A stretch of DNA of 64,000 bases from Macrostomum lignano. Lineage: Eukaryota. Position numbers and translations under genes: made by a program. Shown in pieces: positions 49,536-59,116 of this stretch. The stretch is taken from positions 124,001-188,000 of the forward strand of contig NIVC01001486.1 of assembly GCA_002269645.1 (NCBI GenBank), written 5' to 3'. Under the pieces are notes generated by a model. It searched no databases. It saw only the letters and a list, made by a program, of their open reading frames with translations, and was not told the origin of the DNA. Within the stretch, counting starts at the first letter, position 1; each line of letters starts with the position of its first letter.

Positions 49536-49624
49536 GGCAGAGACGCTGCTGTGGGTGATGGAGCTCATTGAAGCTGAGATGCTCGGCATGGCAGAAGCTG
49601 GTAGCTTGGTCATTGCTTGGCCAG
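49536..49624 (-). pseudogene. Orphan truncated type-2 PAN exon (copy E)
   Basis: TTTTGTAG acceptor then GQAMTKLPASAMPSISASMSSITHSSVSA, homologous to VMPKLPVTSLPNITASASSVTHSSVSA; breaks before the cysteines; no WSC exon seen upstream. Confidence 0.7.
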
Positions 49625-50817
49625 CTACAAAAGTTGAATTAAAACTGAATTTAGGAAAAAATTACCCAAAAAGTAGAAATAATATATTTAGGAGCGTATT
49701 TATATAGGCAAATCTCTGTGAATTATGCAATCTGTATTTTCACAGTGTGCATTTGCAGCAGAGTTTTAAAAAAAACATTTTAGAATTAGTTAAGTTGTCA
49801 CTGGTATTTCCATCGATGCAAGTTTGGATAGTTTTTCAAAAACATTGAAACCCGGAATACAGTCGCAACAAAGAATTGCCATATGTAAAGATCGCCAATG
49901 AATATCAGTGAAGAAAATAATTATTAGCACTCATTTTTAAAGACATCAAAAATATAGTAGGAAAGCGTCTACTTAAAGTGTTTTCTATCTGAAATTTTTA
50001 TTCTATCTGAGGTGTACAGCTAACCATAATTAATTTACAGGTATTTAAATCTACACAACCATTCGTCCGCTAGTGTTGCAATATATGCTGGCTATTAGGG
50101 TTGAAAATCACGCGTGAGAGTCGCAGAGAAGGCAGAACCTTCAAACCCGGTCTGAAGTTCTTGCTTGTTCTGGAAGTTCAACAGTTCGTATGGATTCCGC
50201 CTCGCTGAGCAGTCGATGCAGCTCCTCGCTCAGACTCAGACACGCCACTCTCAACTCGGGGTGTTACAGAGTGTTGGTGCCTGTTAGACACGCCACTCTC
50301 AACTTGGGGTGTTACGGAGTGTTGGTGCCCGCTGGAAGAGCAATCACAGATCAAGCAACTTAAGTACCATAAAATTGATATTTATGCAAGCTTGTAAAGC
50401 ATGGTAATTTACACGTACTTTATCGGTGTCAAATTCTTCTAGCAGTTAAATTTTACGGACGCAGGCACCATTTTCTTTAGAGTACAACCAGCATTTTCAA
50501 CAAAATTGACAGCAACCCCCACAAGGCTGCTAACAGATTACCAGTGTCTTGATTCTGAAGATCGAGCTTCATGTATCTTTTGGACTTGCTACTAAAGCGC
50601 AAGGCCACACAAGGCTAAAGATTTAATTTTAAGTCTGACGAAAATATATTCTTATTTTTACTTCACGCCAAAATTTATTTACCGCTACTTGAAAGTAGGC
50701 GAAAAAGCTAATGATTTCATTTTCTAAACGGGACGGCTTAAACGCCTTCGAATCAGTTTCTCCGTCTTGTGTAGATCAGAGGTTTGGATTGCGCTTGATT
50801 TACAAGTTCAACAGCAG

Positions 50818-51341
50818 GGACAGATGGGCGGGCACCCAAAACTGCCGACAATCTGATCGTGCCACGGTTCCGTGCCCCTCTCGCAGGCTCAGTAATGTCC
50901 TTCTGAACCAAAATCGGAAGGAAATCCGAGCCCTCGTCATGACCTTCACCGGCCATGGCTACCTCGCCAGGCACTGCTTCCTCCGAGGTGACCTCGAAAG
51001 TGAACTTTGCCCTTTTTGCGAGTACGATAATGAAGATGCTCAGCACTTTGTTTGTCACTGCCCTTTCTTTACCAGAGACCGGCTACGCTACCTCGGGCCG
51101 AACCCGTCCATTGACGAGGTCTGCCAGCCTGACAGCATCCCACGGCTCATCCAGTTCCTTCGGGCGACGAGACGAGCCACTTTCTTCCCCACGGAAGATC
51201 ACGCTGCAGGACGGACCGGCGGACCACCCTGACCGGCCCCACGCCTCTGCCTGTCTGCAGGCCTTCAGGGGCTAGCGGAATGGGCGACCCTCGCCTCCCC
51301 GCTGTATCTACGGACCACCCTGCAGCTAAGTCAAGTAAGTC
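50818..51341 (+). mobile_element. 5'-truncated LOA/I-group LINE 3' end
   Basis: TFTGHGYLARHCFLRGDLESELCPFCEYDNEDAQHFVCHCPFF; tail GCTAAGTCAAGTAAGTC. Confidence 0.88.
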
Positions 51342-51580
51342 GGTCATATTTTTGTGAAACTAAACTTTGCGATGCCAATTCTCGGGGTGGAACGTGTTTG
51401 ATTTACAAGTTCAACAGCAGCTCTGTGGCTGTGCGCTCGTCAAGCAGCATGAGTAGGATGTCGGGCCAAAAGGTGACATTCGCCCTAGCAACTAGAAAAT
51501 CAAGGGAGTGGAGACAATACGTTTGAGCAGTGACAAACTTTTCTTCGATGCTTTTTATGCGAACACTCGCCAGTCAGTTA

Positions 51581-51997
51581 CAGGGGTCGGCAGACTTTTT
51601 CATCAAGGGCCAAATGAGAGTGGAGAGGAGAGAGAATAGAAAATGAGACATGAGAAAAGAGAGGAGAGGCGAGAGATGGGATGACAGTAGAGATAAGAAA
51701 GAGAAGGAAGTGAAGAGGAGAAAGGGAAGAAGAGGGAAAATACGGAAGATGAGGGAAGAGAGGGGAAGTGTTTAGGAGAGGGGAAATAGGGAGAGGAGGG
51801 GAAAGAGAGGAAAATTGGAGGGGAAAGAGGGGAAATAAGAGAGGGGAGAGAAGAGGGGATAAAGAGTTGAGAAGCGACATACTCGTAAGTATTTAGCGGG
51901 TTGGATTGCCGTTGTGAAGTTTCAAAAGACCGGAGGTCCGAATAGAGAGGCTGCGCGGGCCGCATGTTACCCGCGGGCCGGGGTTTGCCGATCCGCG
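51581..51997. mobile_element. hAT (Charlie-like) MITE with GA-rich core
   Basis: CAGGGGTCGGCAGAC left end; right end GCGGGCCGCATGTTACCCGCGGGCCG...GTTTGCCGATCCGCG. Confidence 0.7.
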
Positions 51998-53207
51998 ATT
52001 TAAAATAAAATCATGAGATGCAGGCTTATGGCATCATTAGGCCGTACGAATAAAAACGCCATTTGCTCTGAATAAATGTTTCTGGGGCTTGAATAACTAA
52101 AACAGATAGATTTTTTGTATAAATACAACAATAATACCCATACTCAAGGGTGCTACACCATTTACCCTCAATTTTAAACAAAATCAAGTTCAATTCAATC
52201 TAAAAGAGCTTCAATTGAGTTCCAATTCAATCCAGTGGAATTGGATTCCTTCGGGAATTCGATTCAAATAAGCTACCCCCATTCTATAGGCTACGGTGTC
52301 TGAATTGGAAAATTTATTGCCACAGTCTATGGCCAAAACCGCTTTTTAAGTGGCGACAGCGCGCTGAATTGAAGTTCAAAAGAAGCAGAATTGACGGAAT
52401 TTTGTGCGACTCCAACCGCCTGTTTAACTCATCGAATTGGATAGAAATCCAAATGCAATCGTCATGAGTGCGAATAAAGATAAGGCGGACTGGATTTGTC
52501 TTGACACTGAGATTGTCGGAGAAAATGAAAACGAGGAAGAGGCTGGTGAAGAGTGTTAATGCACCAGTAGTTAACCATTGATTTTCAACACCTGGCATCT
52601 GAAGTCAAATGTTGAAAATAATCATTAAGCACATCATGGACAACTAAACCAGCAGGAAAAAATTTGCGCAAAGTTTCATTGGGGCTTGTGTTTCGCTGCA
52701 AAATGCAACAGCGACATCGGTAGTTTTGTGATTTCTGCACTGATTTCCATTTACCTCTCATTGCTAAACAAGAGATGATGCATTTCATTCCAGGTGCACA
52801 GTTTGAGGGTACAGCCACTTACAAAGCGAGAAGGCGTGATTTAAGCTTGCGAAAGGCGAAGATCTGATCCAAGTCTTCACTCTTTGTCACCTTTTCAAAG
52901 ACCTCGAGTTCGATATTCCAAAAATATTTTCCCGACTCTGTCTTCATACAAAATAATTCTTTAAATTACTTCTTGCTTCGCTTCAGTGTACCATCAATTA
53001 TTACGTAATGCGGAGTACACCTATGCTCAAGTAAACAAGATATCAAATACCTGTCTGCAGTTTAAGTCGGATCGATCAATCTAAATATTAACATAAATGA
53101 AAAATTTCGAAAAAGACACTTAAAACTTTGTATTTGCGGTTTTTATTCGACATAGCTATGTAAATAATAATACAAACCATAGCCAAAATCCGATTCTCGT
53201 GTATTTT

Positions 53208-53712
53208 TTAAAGTACTAGCTTCATCCAGAACCACTCATCCTCGCTGGCCACCTCAGCGGGCACAGCGGCGAACCTCAGCAGGCGGCACATGCGGCTCGA
53301 AGGCACGAAGGCGCAGCCCTGACAGTCCGGGCTTCGCTGGAAGGCAGAGACGCTGCGGTGAGTGACGGAGCTCGCGGAGGCTGTGATGTTCGGCAGAGAC
53401 GTCACGGGCAGTTTCGGCATCACCGGATCGACTGCAGAAGGGTTGGTTACAAAAATTGTTTTGAAATAGAATATTTATAATTTTAATCGCTCAGATAACT
53501 ACTTTAAAGCACGAATGAAGCACGCAGCGTTTTAAGGTCGTACTTGGCTAAATTAACCTGTGTTTTAACGATCTGCGTTAATCCGGAACGCTTACTTTGT
53601 GAGTAAGTCAGTTCGTAGATGGAGTTTCTCGAGACTCCACCGCAAATCTGAGACGAGTTTCCGCTGCAAGCCAAGCTGCAGTGGCCAGCCGGTGCGGTGC
53701 CGTGCGATCCGT
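53208..53712 (-). pseudogene. WSC-PAN copy F: PAN exon with 27-nt deletion (53208-53431); only the 3' end of the WSC exon left (53596-53712)
   Basis: SVSAFQRSPDC versus SVSAKSPIQCAAACQRSPDC in B; WSC remnant GSHGTAPAGHCSLACSGNSSQICGGVSRNSIY abuts a satellite array. Confidence 0.88.
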
Positions 53713-54344
53713 GGCTTATCAAGTGCAATAATCCTTGGCTTATCAAGTTCAATAATCCTTGGCTTATCAAGTGCAACAATCCTTGGCTTATCAAGTGCAA
53801 TAATCCTTGGCTTATCAAGTGCAATAATCCTTGGCTTATCAAGTGCAATAATCCTTGGCTTATCAAATGCAATAATCCGTCGCTTATCAAGTGCAATAAT
53901 CCTTGGCTTATCAAGTGCAATAATTCTTGGCTTATCAAGTGCAATAATACTTGGCTTATCAAGTGCAATAATCCTTGGCTTATCTAGTGCAATAATCCTT
54001 GGCTTATCAAGTGCAATAATCCTTGGCTTATCAAATGCAATAATCCTTGGCTTATCAAGTGCAATAATCCTTGGCTTATCAAGTGCAATTATTCTTGGCT
54101 TATCAAGTGCAATAATCCTTGGCTTATCAAGTGCAATAATCCTTGGCTTATCAAGTGCAATAATCCTTGGCTTATCAAGTGCAATAATTCTTGGATTATC
54201 TAGTGCAATAATCATTGGCTTATCAAGTGCAATAATCCTTGGCTTATCAAGTGCAATAATCCTTGGCTTATCAAGTGCAATAATCCTTGGCTTATCAAGT
54301 GCAACAATCCTTGGCTTATCAAGTGCAATAATCCTTGGCTTATC
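53713..54344. repeat. 24-bp minisatellite, ~26 copies
   Basis: Unit GGCTTATCAAGTGCAATAATCCTT with scattered point variants; no spacers. Confidence 0.97.
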
Positions 54345-55166
54345 CTTGGAAAAACATTTCTGATCGAATGGTGCAAGTTCGAAGAAAATCGGTTGAGCAG
54401 TTTTTTCTCTAACCGATCACATACCTTCCTACCTACCTAGATACCGGGTCGACAGACCATTTTTAGTATATGGTGCTGGAGGCATTCACTCTGCCAGCGA
54501 CGCAGACTAGGAAGGGTGCAGACGTCACTAAAGTGATGATGCCTGTTTGGTAAATAATTTTAAGTGTTCTTTCTCGGTGCTCAGTGATCGGTGATTGTTC
54601 AATGAATCGATGTGTCTTGTACGTCGTATAGTTTAAAGCAAAGAGTGTATTGGCGGTTTGTATTTTCTTGTTGAATGCGCAACCGGTGGGACACCGGATG
54701 AGCTACAATACTTTTAGTAGTAGAACCTACAGTACTCGTAGTTTAACTTGTCTTTTCTCATTAACACTAATGTACCTGACTCATCTGGGAAGAATTTCGC
54801 ATTCTGAGAAAAAAATTGAAGCTTTTCTATGATGCATGGGTTTTTTAGAAAAATCTGGGAGCATGTGTCTCGCAGCGCTGTTTTTCCTAGCGACTGTTTC
54901 TGCGTTCCTGCAGGTGAAATCACCCGTGACGGCTTGAGCTTCTTCTCGGTTGTTTTGCATACGCCTAAAAGAGCCTTTACAATTTTTTCAGTTTTTTCTG
55001 CTCAGCAAGGAAACTTTTACTTTACAGTCTACTTTGCAATGTGGATAGCGCCAAGGATACTCAAAAGAGGTGTAGTGAGAATCACAATGGTAGTTGAGCC
55101 TCTGATGCTGACAAGCGCTCGCTTCCATCGATCGGAACCCAAACCTCTCTCTCTCTCTCTTTCTCT

Positions 55167-55209
<43 letters not shown>

Positions 55210-55238
55210 CCCTCTCTCTGTCTTGCTCTCTCTCTCTT

Positions 55239-55290
<52 letters not shown>

Positions 55291-55499
55291 TCTCTTTGGC
55301 TTCTTACCTCTGCCCATTGGTGTCGAGAAGTCTACGGATGTCTTGAAGAGTTACCCTATTAGACTGCCAGAATATGCGGTGCCGAGAAAAGGAAAAAACT
55401 CTTTAGCCAATGTCCAAATAACCTTTCATGTCAACTAAATAGCTAAAAAAAGCTGAGGGATGCAAAAAGGAGAGGTAAAATATGACATAGGTCAAATAT

Positions 55500-56300
55500 T
55501 AACAGGAGAGTTGCTACTTCGGGGTCAGCGCACTTCCTAACCCCAACCACTCGATTGCAAACTCTGTCACCATTGGTATTGAACAAGTTCTAAATAACAA
55601 AAAAATCGAACTAAGGGAAGAAATCTGGATTAAAAAACTGGGGACTGACAAACCGCCGGGTACGAACATCAGGGTCGACAATCATCTTCTCCGACCCATC
55701 CCACTGGTCCTTCCTTTCCACCCATCTACGGTCTGGCTCGCCAACGAGATTGCTAAAAACTTTGATAAACTGCAACACAAACCAGGTCCCGCATTCTGCC
55801 CGCTTTTACACGGCAACGAAATTTACAGAGCCTCCTGGCTCCCAATAAGTTTCAGTCTCAGCCAGGAAACCACTGAATCATGCTAACCAATGCGCTCATT
55901 TTACCTATAGAACTACAATATTTATTCACTTTGTCATTTATTTTATTTAAACGTCTTGATCGTACTTGCAAATATCGATTTTTAGGCTCCCATTATCAAT
56001 GCATGCATTGCATTTAATCGCACTTCGAAAAAAGCAGTTTTTTAATGTACTAAATATACAGTCGATGAAAATGACTGCATGGTTTAAAGCCTCTGGGAAA
56101 AGGTAGATATAGACAGAACTAGACAGAAATGTACTCGTACATCTCTCATATGTACAGCTGCATGCTGATTTATTTTATCAGACTGACAAAAATAATACTT
56201 AAAAGTCAAACTTGAACTGCATTACACATAGATTTTTGGCCTGATGAAGAGCCCAGAGGCTTGAAACCGGTAGCCTATATCGCTCATACTAAATTTTTAA
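55500..56300 (+). mobile_element. Penelope-like element relic (GIY-YIG C-terminal half + 3' region)
   Basis: AHFL..(shift)NHSIANSVTIGIEQV...LREEIWIKKLGTDKPPGTNIRVD resembles the PLE endonuclease end (H, E-x-x-WI, G-x-N); followed by a hammerhead motif. Confidence 0.7.
56238..56275 (+). ncRNA. Minimal type-I hammerhead ribozyme motif
   Basis: GGC-CTGATGA-A-GAGCC-CAGA-GGCTT-GAA-ACCGGT-A-GCC: full catalytic core, 5-bp stem II, palindromic stem III, GUA site, 3-bp stem I. Confidence 0.75.
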
Positions 56301-56336
56301 CACGCCGTGACCTCTCTCTCTCTCTCTCTCTCTCTC

Positions 56337-56379
<43 letters not shown>

Positions 56380-57368
56380 CTTTTTACCTCTGCCCATTGA
56401 TGTTGAGAGCCGTAAAGAGCTACCCTATTAGACTGCCAGAATATGCGGTGCCGAGAAAAGGAAAAACTCTTTAGCCAATCTCCAAATAACCTTTTTTGTC
56501 AATTAAAATAGCTAAAACAAGCCTCGGGGATGCAAAGAGCTAGAAGGTAAACACAGGTTTGCATTTCCGTAAAAAACAATCCAGTGACATTTGGTTCTTG
56601 TGTAAATTCAAGAAAACCCTCTTTCTATTCTATAACCTAAATTGTCTGATCAACACAATGGTGGATTATCAGTGAACTGATTTTGTTTTTTGCTGCAAGC
56701 GCCACCATTTTGGGAAGTTCATTCACAAATTGTCAAAATTCGCTTCGCAAAAAGCCACTTTTCACGCAATTGAAAGCGACTCTGTTTTCTTTAAACTTCG
56801 AATCAGAGCGCAGTCGCCACTAAAAAGCGGTTTTCGCCATGGCCTGCCGGAATACATTTTCCAATTCAGACAATGTAGCCTATAGAAAAAGAGTTTAGTT
56901 CAACTGAATTGCCGCACAAAACGAACCGTGCATTCCAAAGGATTGTCTGAATGGAGCTTCTTCTAGTTCCAACAGAACATTATAACAATAGAACATGGTC
57001 TAGCCATTAATAAAGGTCAACTAGTAACGAGAGACGTAAACCATAACGCAAATCTCGCATACTCTCTCTGTCAGGGAAATCAGCAAAATAGAAAAATTAA
57101 GGGCGACTTCACCGAAATTTATACCGATAGCCAGAGCAAAATGAAAAAAAGTTAATTTTTAAGGTTACACAGAATTTAGATTTTATTCTTACTATTCAAA
57201 ACAAAACTATGGGGTCAACACCAAAATTTATTCAGGACTGGTAGAAGAGAAACAAAATTTTAGATTTAGTAGCAATGCTCTTTAAGGGTTCAATGTATCG
57301 ATTTCGATAACGCTTGTTGTAGTTCGCCTCCGTATACATTAGTTTCAAACTCCTTGACACACTCTGAA

Positions 57369-57616
57369 TCACAGCTTCATCCAGACCCAATCAGCCTCAC
57401 AGCTTCATCCAGACCCACTCAGCCTCACAGCTTCATCCAGACCCACTCAGCCTCACAGCTTCATCCAGAACCACTCAGCCTCACAGCCTCATCCAGACCC
57501 ACTCAGCCTCAAAGCCTCATCCAGACCCACTCAGCCTCACAGCTTCATCCAGACTCACTCAGCCTCACAGCTTCATCCAGACCTACCCAGCCTCACAGCT
57601 TCATCAAGACCCACTC
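57369..57616. repeat. 28-bp VNTR derived from the stop-codon region of gene G, ~9 copies
   Basis: Unit CAGCCTCACAGCTTCATCCAGACCCACT; the rightmost copy is the coding end EWVLMKL*. Confidence 0.92.
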
Positions 57617-57837
57617 AACCTCGCTGGCCACCTCAGCGGGCACAGCGGCGAATCTCAGCAGGCGGCACAGTCGGCTCGAAGGCACGAAGGCGCAGCCCTG
57701 ACAGTCCGGGCTTCGCTGGCAGGCGGCAGCGCACTGGATGGCGCTCTTGGCATAGACGCTGCTGTGGGTGACGGAGCTCGCGGAGGCTGTGATGTTCGGC
57801 AGAGACGTCACGGGCAGTTTCGGCATCATTGGATCGA
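57593..57837 (-). CDS. WSC-PAN gene G, exon 2 (PAN/apple-like domain)
   Basis: CCTTATGCAG|TC acceptor, phase 1; QCAAACQRSPDCQGCAFVPSSRLCRLL; TGA at 57593-95. Confidence 0.85.
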
Positions 57838-57880
57838 CTGCATAAGGGTTAGTTACAAAAAATTGTTTTGAAATAGAATA

Positions 57881-58247
57881 TGTGGTGAGTAGCGTAGCTT
57901 CTCTGAGTTAGCGAACATGTCGGGGAGGGGCCGCCCCGGGCCTGTGTGGGCTCTCCGTTGTGCGTGCTCTGTCTGGCGGGGGGGGTGGGTGCTTGAGTCC
58001 CACCATCACGGCACTTGGGGGTTTTTTAGGCCGCGTGGGGCTGCTCTGGCCCAGCTACCCTGTCTCGCGTTTGCAAGCTAATTTTTTTATTCCATTTTAT
58101 TTTCCCCCTTTAAAGCCACATTTGTCTTTTAATTGCTTTCGAACCGAGCTCACTAAAATATATTCGACCAATCACAAGGGCCTGCCGGGTTCGTCGTCGT
58201 CGCCCGTGTCGTGCCTTTGCCTTCCTTCCTCGGCGTCGAGGAATTAA
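57881..58247. mobile_element. 367-bp GC-rich insertion in gene G intron
   Basis: Absent at the homologous position of the F intron (GAATA|TTTATAATTTT). Starts TGTGGTGAG; ends with hairpin TCCTCG-GCGT-CGAGGA. Confidence 0.65.
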
Positions 58248-58366
58248 TTATAATTTTAATCGCTCAGATAACTACTTTAAAGTACGAATGAAGCACGCGG
58301 CGTTTTTACGTCGAACTAACTAAAAAAATTGTGTTTTAACGATCTGCGTTAATTCGGAACGCTTAC

Positions 58367-58796
58367 TTGGTGAGTAAGTCAATTCGTAGATAGAATTTCT
58401 GTAAGCTCCACCGCAAATCTGAGACGAGTTTCCGCTGCAAGCTGAGCTGCATTTGCCAGCCGATGCGATGCCGTGCGATCCGTAGGCCGAGCCGCAGCAG
58501 CAGAAGCCCGCAGACTGAACTCCAAAGTAGCGAAATCGGCCGTAAGAGCACATCTGGCTGCACAGTTGCGGTGTCATCTTGGCGAAGTCAAAAGCGAATG
58601 CTGGGTTAGTAGGGTGAGTCTCAAACTGTCTGAACTTTATGACCCCCTGCAGTCCTACAAGATCTCGGTTGCCAACAGCGCCATCCACGTAGCAGCCGAG
58701 GTGGCGAAACTCCAACGGTTGAGGCGGCACCGAAGCAGCGGCGAAGCGTCCGGAACCGGCTGCCCAGCAGAGCAGCAAAGCGCAGAGTTTCAGCAT
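58367..58796 (-). CDS. WSC-PAN gene G, exon 1 (signal peptide + WSC); 224 aa total
   Basis: Colinear with B exon 1 (430 nt), open frame, A|GTAAGC donor. Confidence 0.88.
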
Positions 58797-59116
58797 TGGG
58801 AAAAATCTAGAGAGTGACCGAACTGGAGCTTCTGAGGCGCTTCTTCTGGTTCAGGTAAGAAATTCAAGCAATATATTTGCTTGAAGAAGCCAATGAAAGA
58901 ATCGGCAACAAAAGCTGTGCAAGGATTGGCTGTGGTATCACCTTGATGTGCACGAGAGATCGCCTACTGATGAGTAGCAAGAGTAAGCTTTTCTTGGAGT
59001 TAATACTTTGAATAAATAAGTCAGGAAAGAGATTTTTTAGATAAATTCTAACCGACTGTAACAATGAAAGAGAATAAACTACACGACTCGAATAATTGGA
59101 AGATAAACACCAGAAT

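Noticed and set aside
53713-54344. 24-, 28-, 32- and 66-bp arrays as CRISPR
   Set aside because: Head-to-tail repeats without unique spacers, no cas genes, eukaryotic context.
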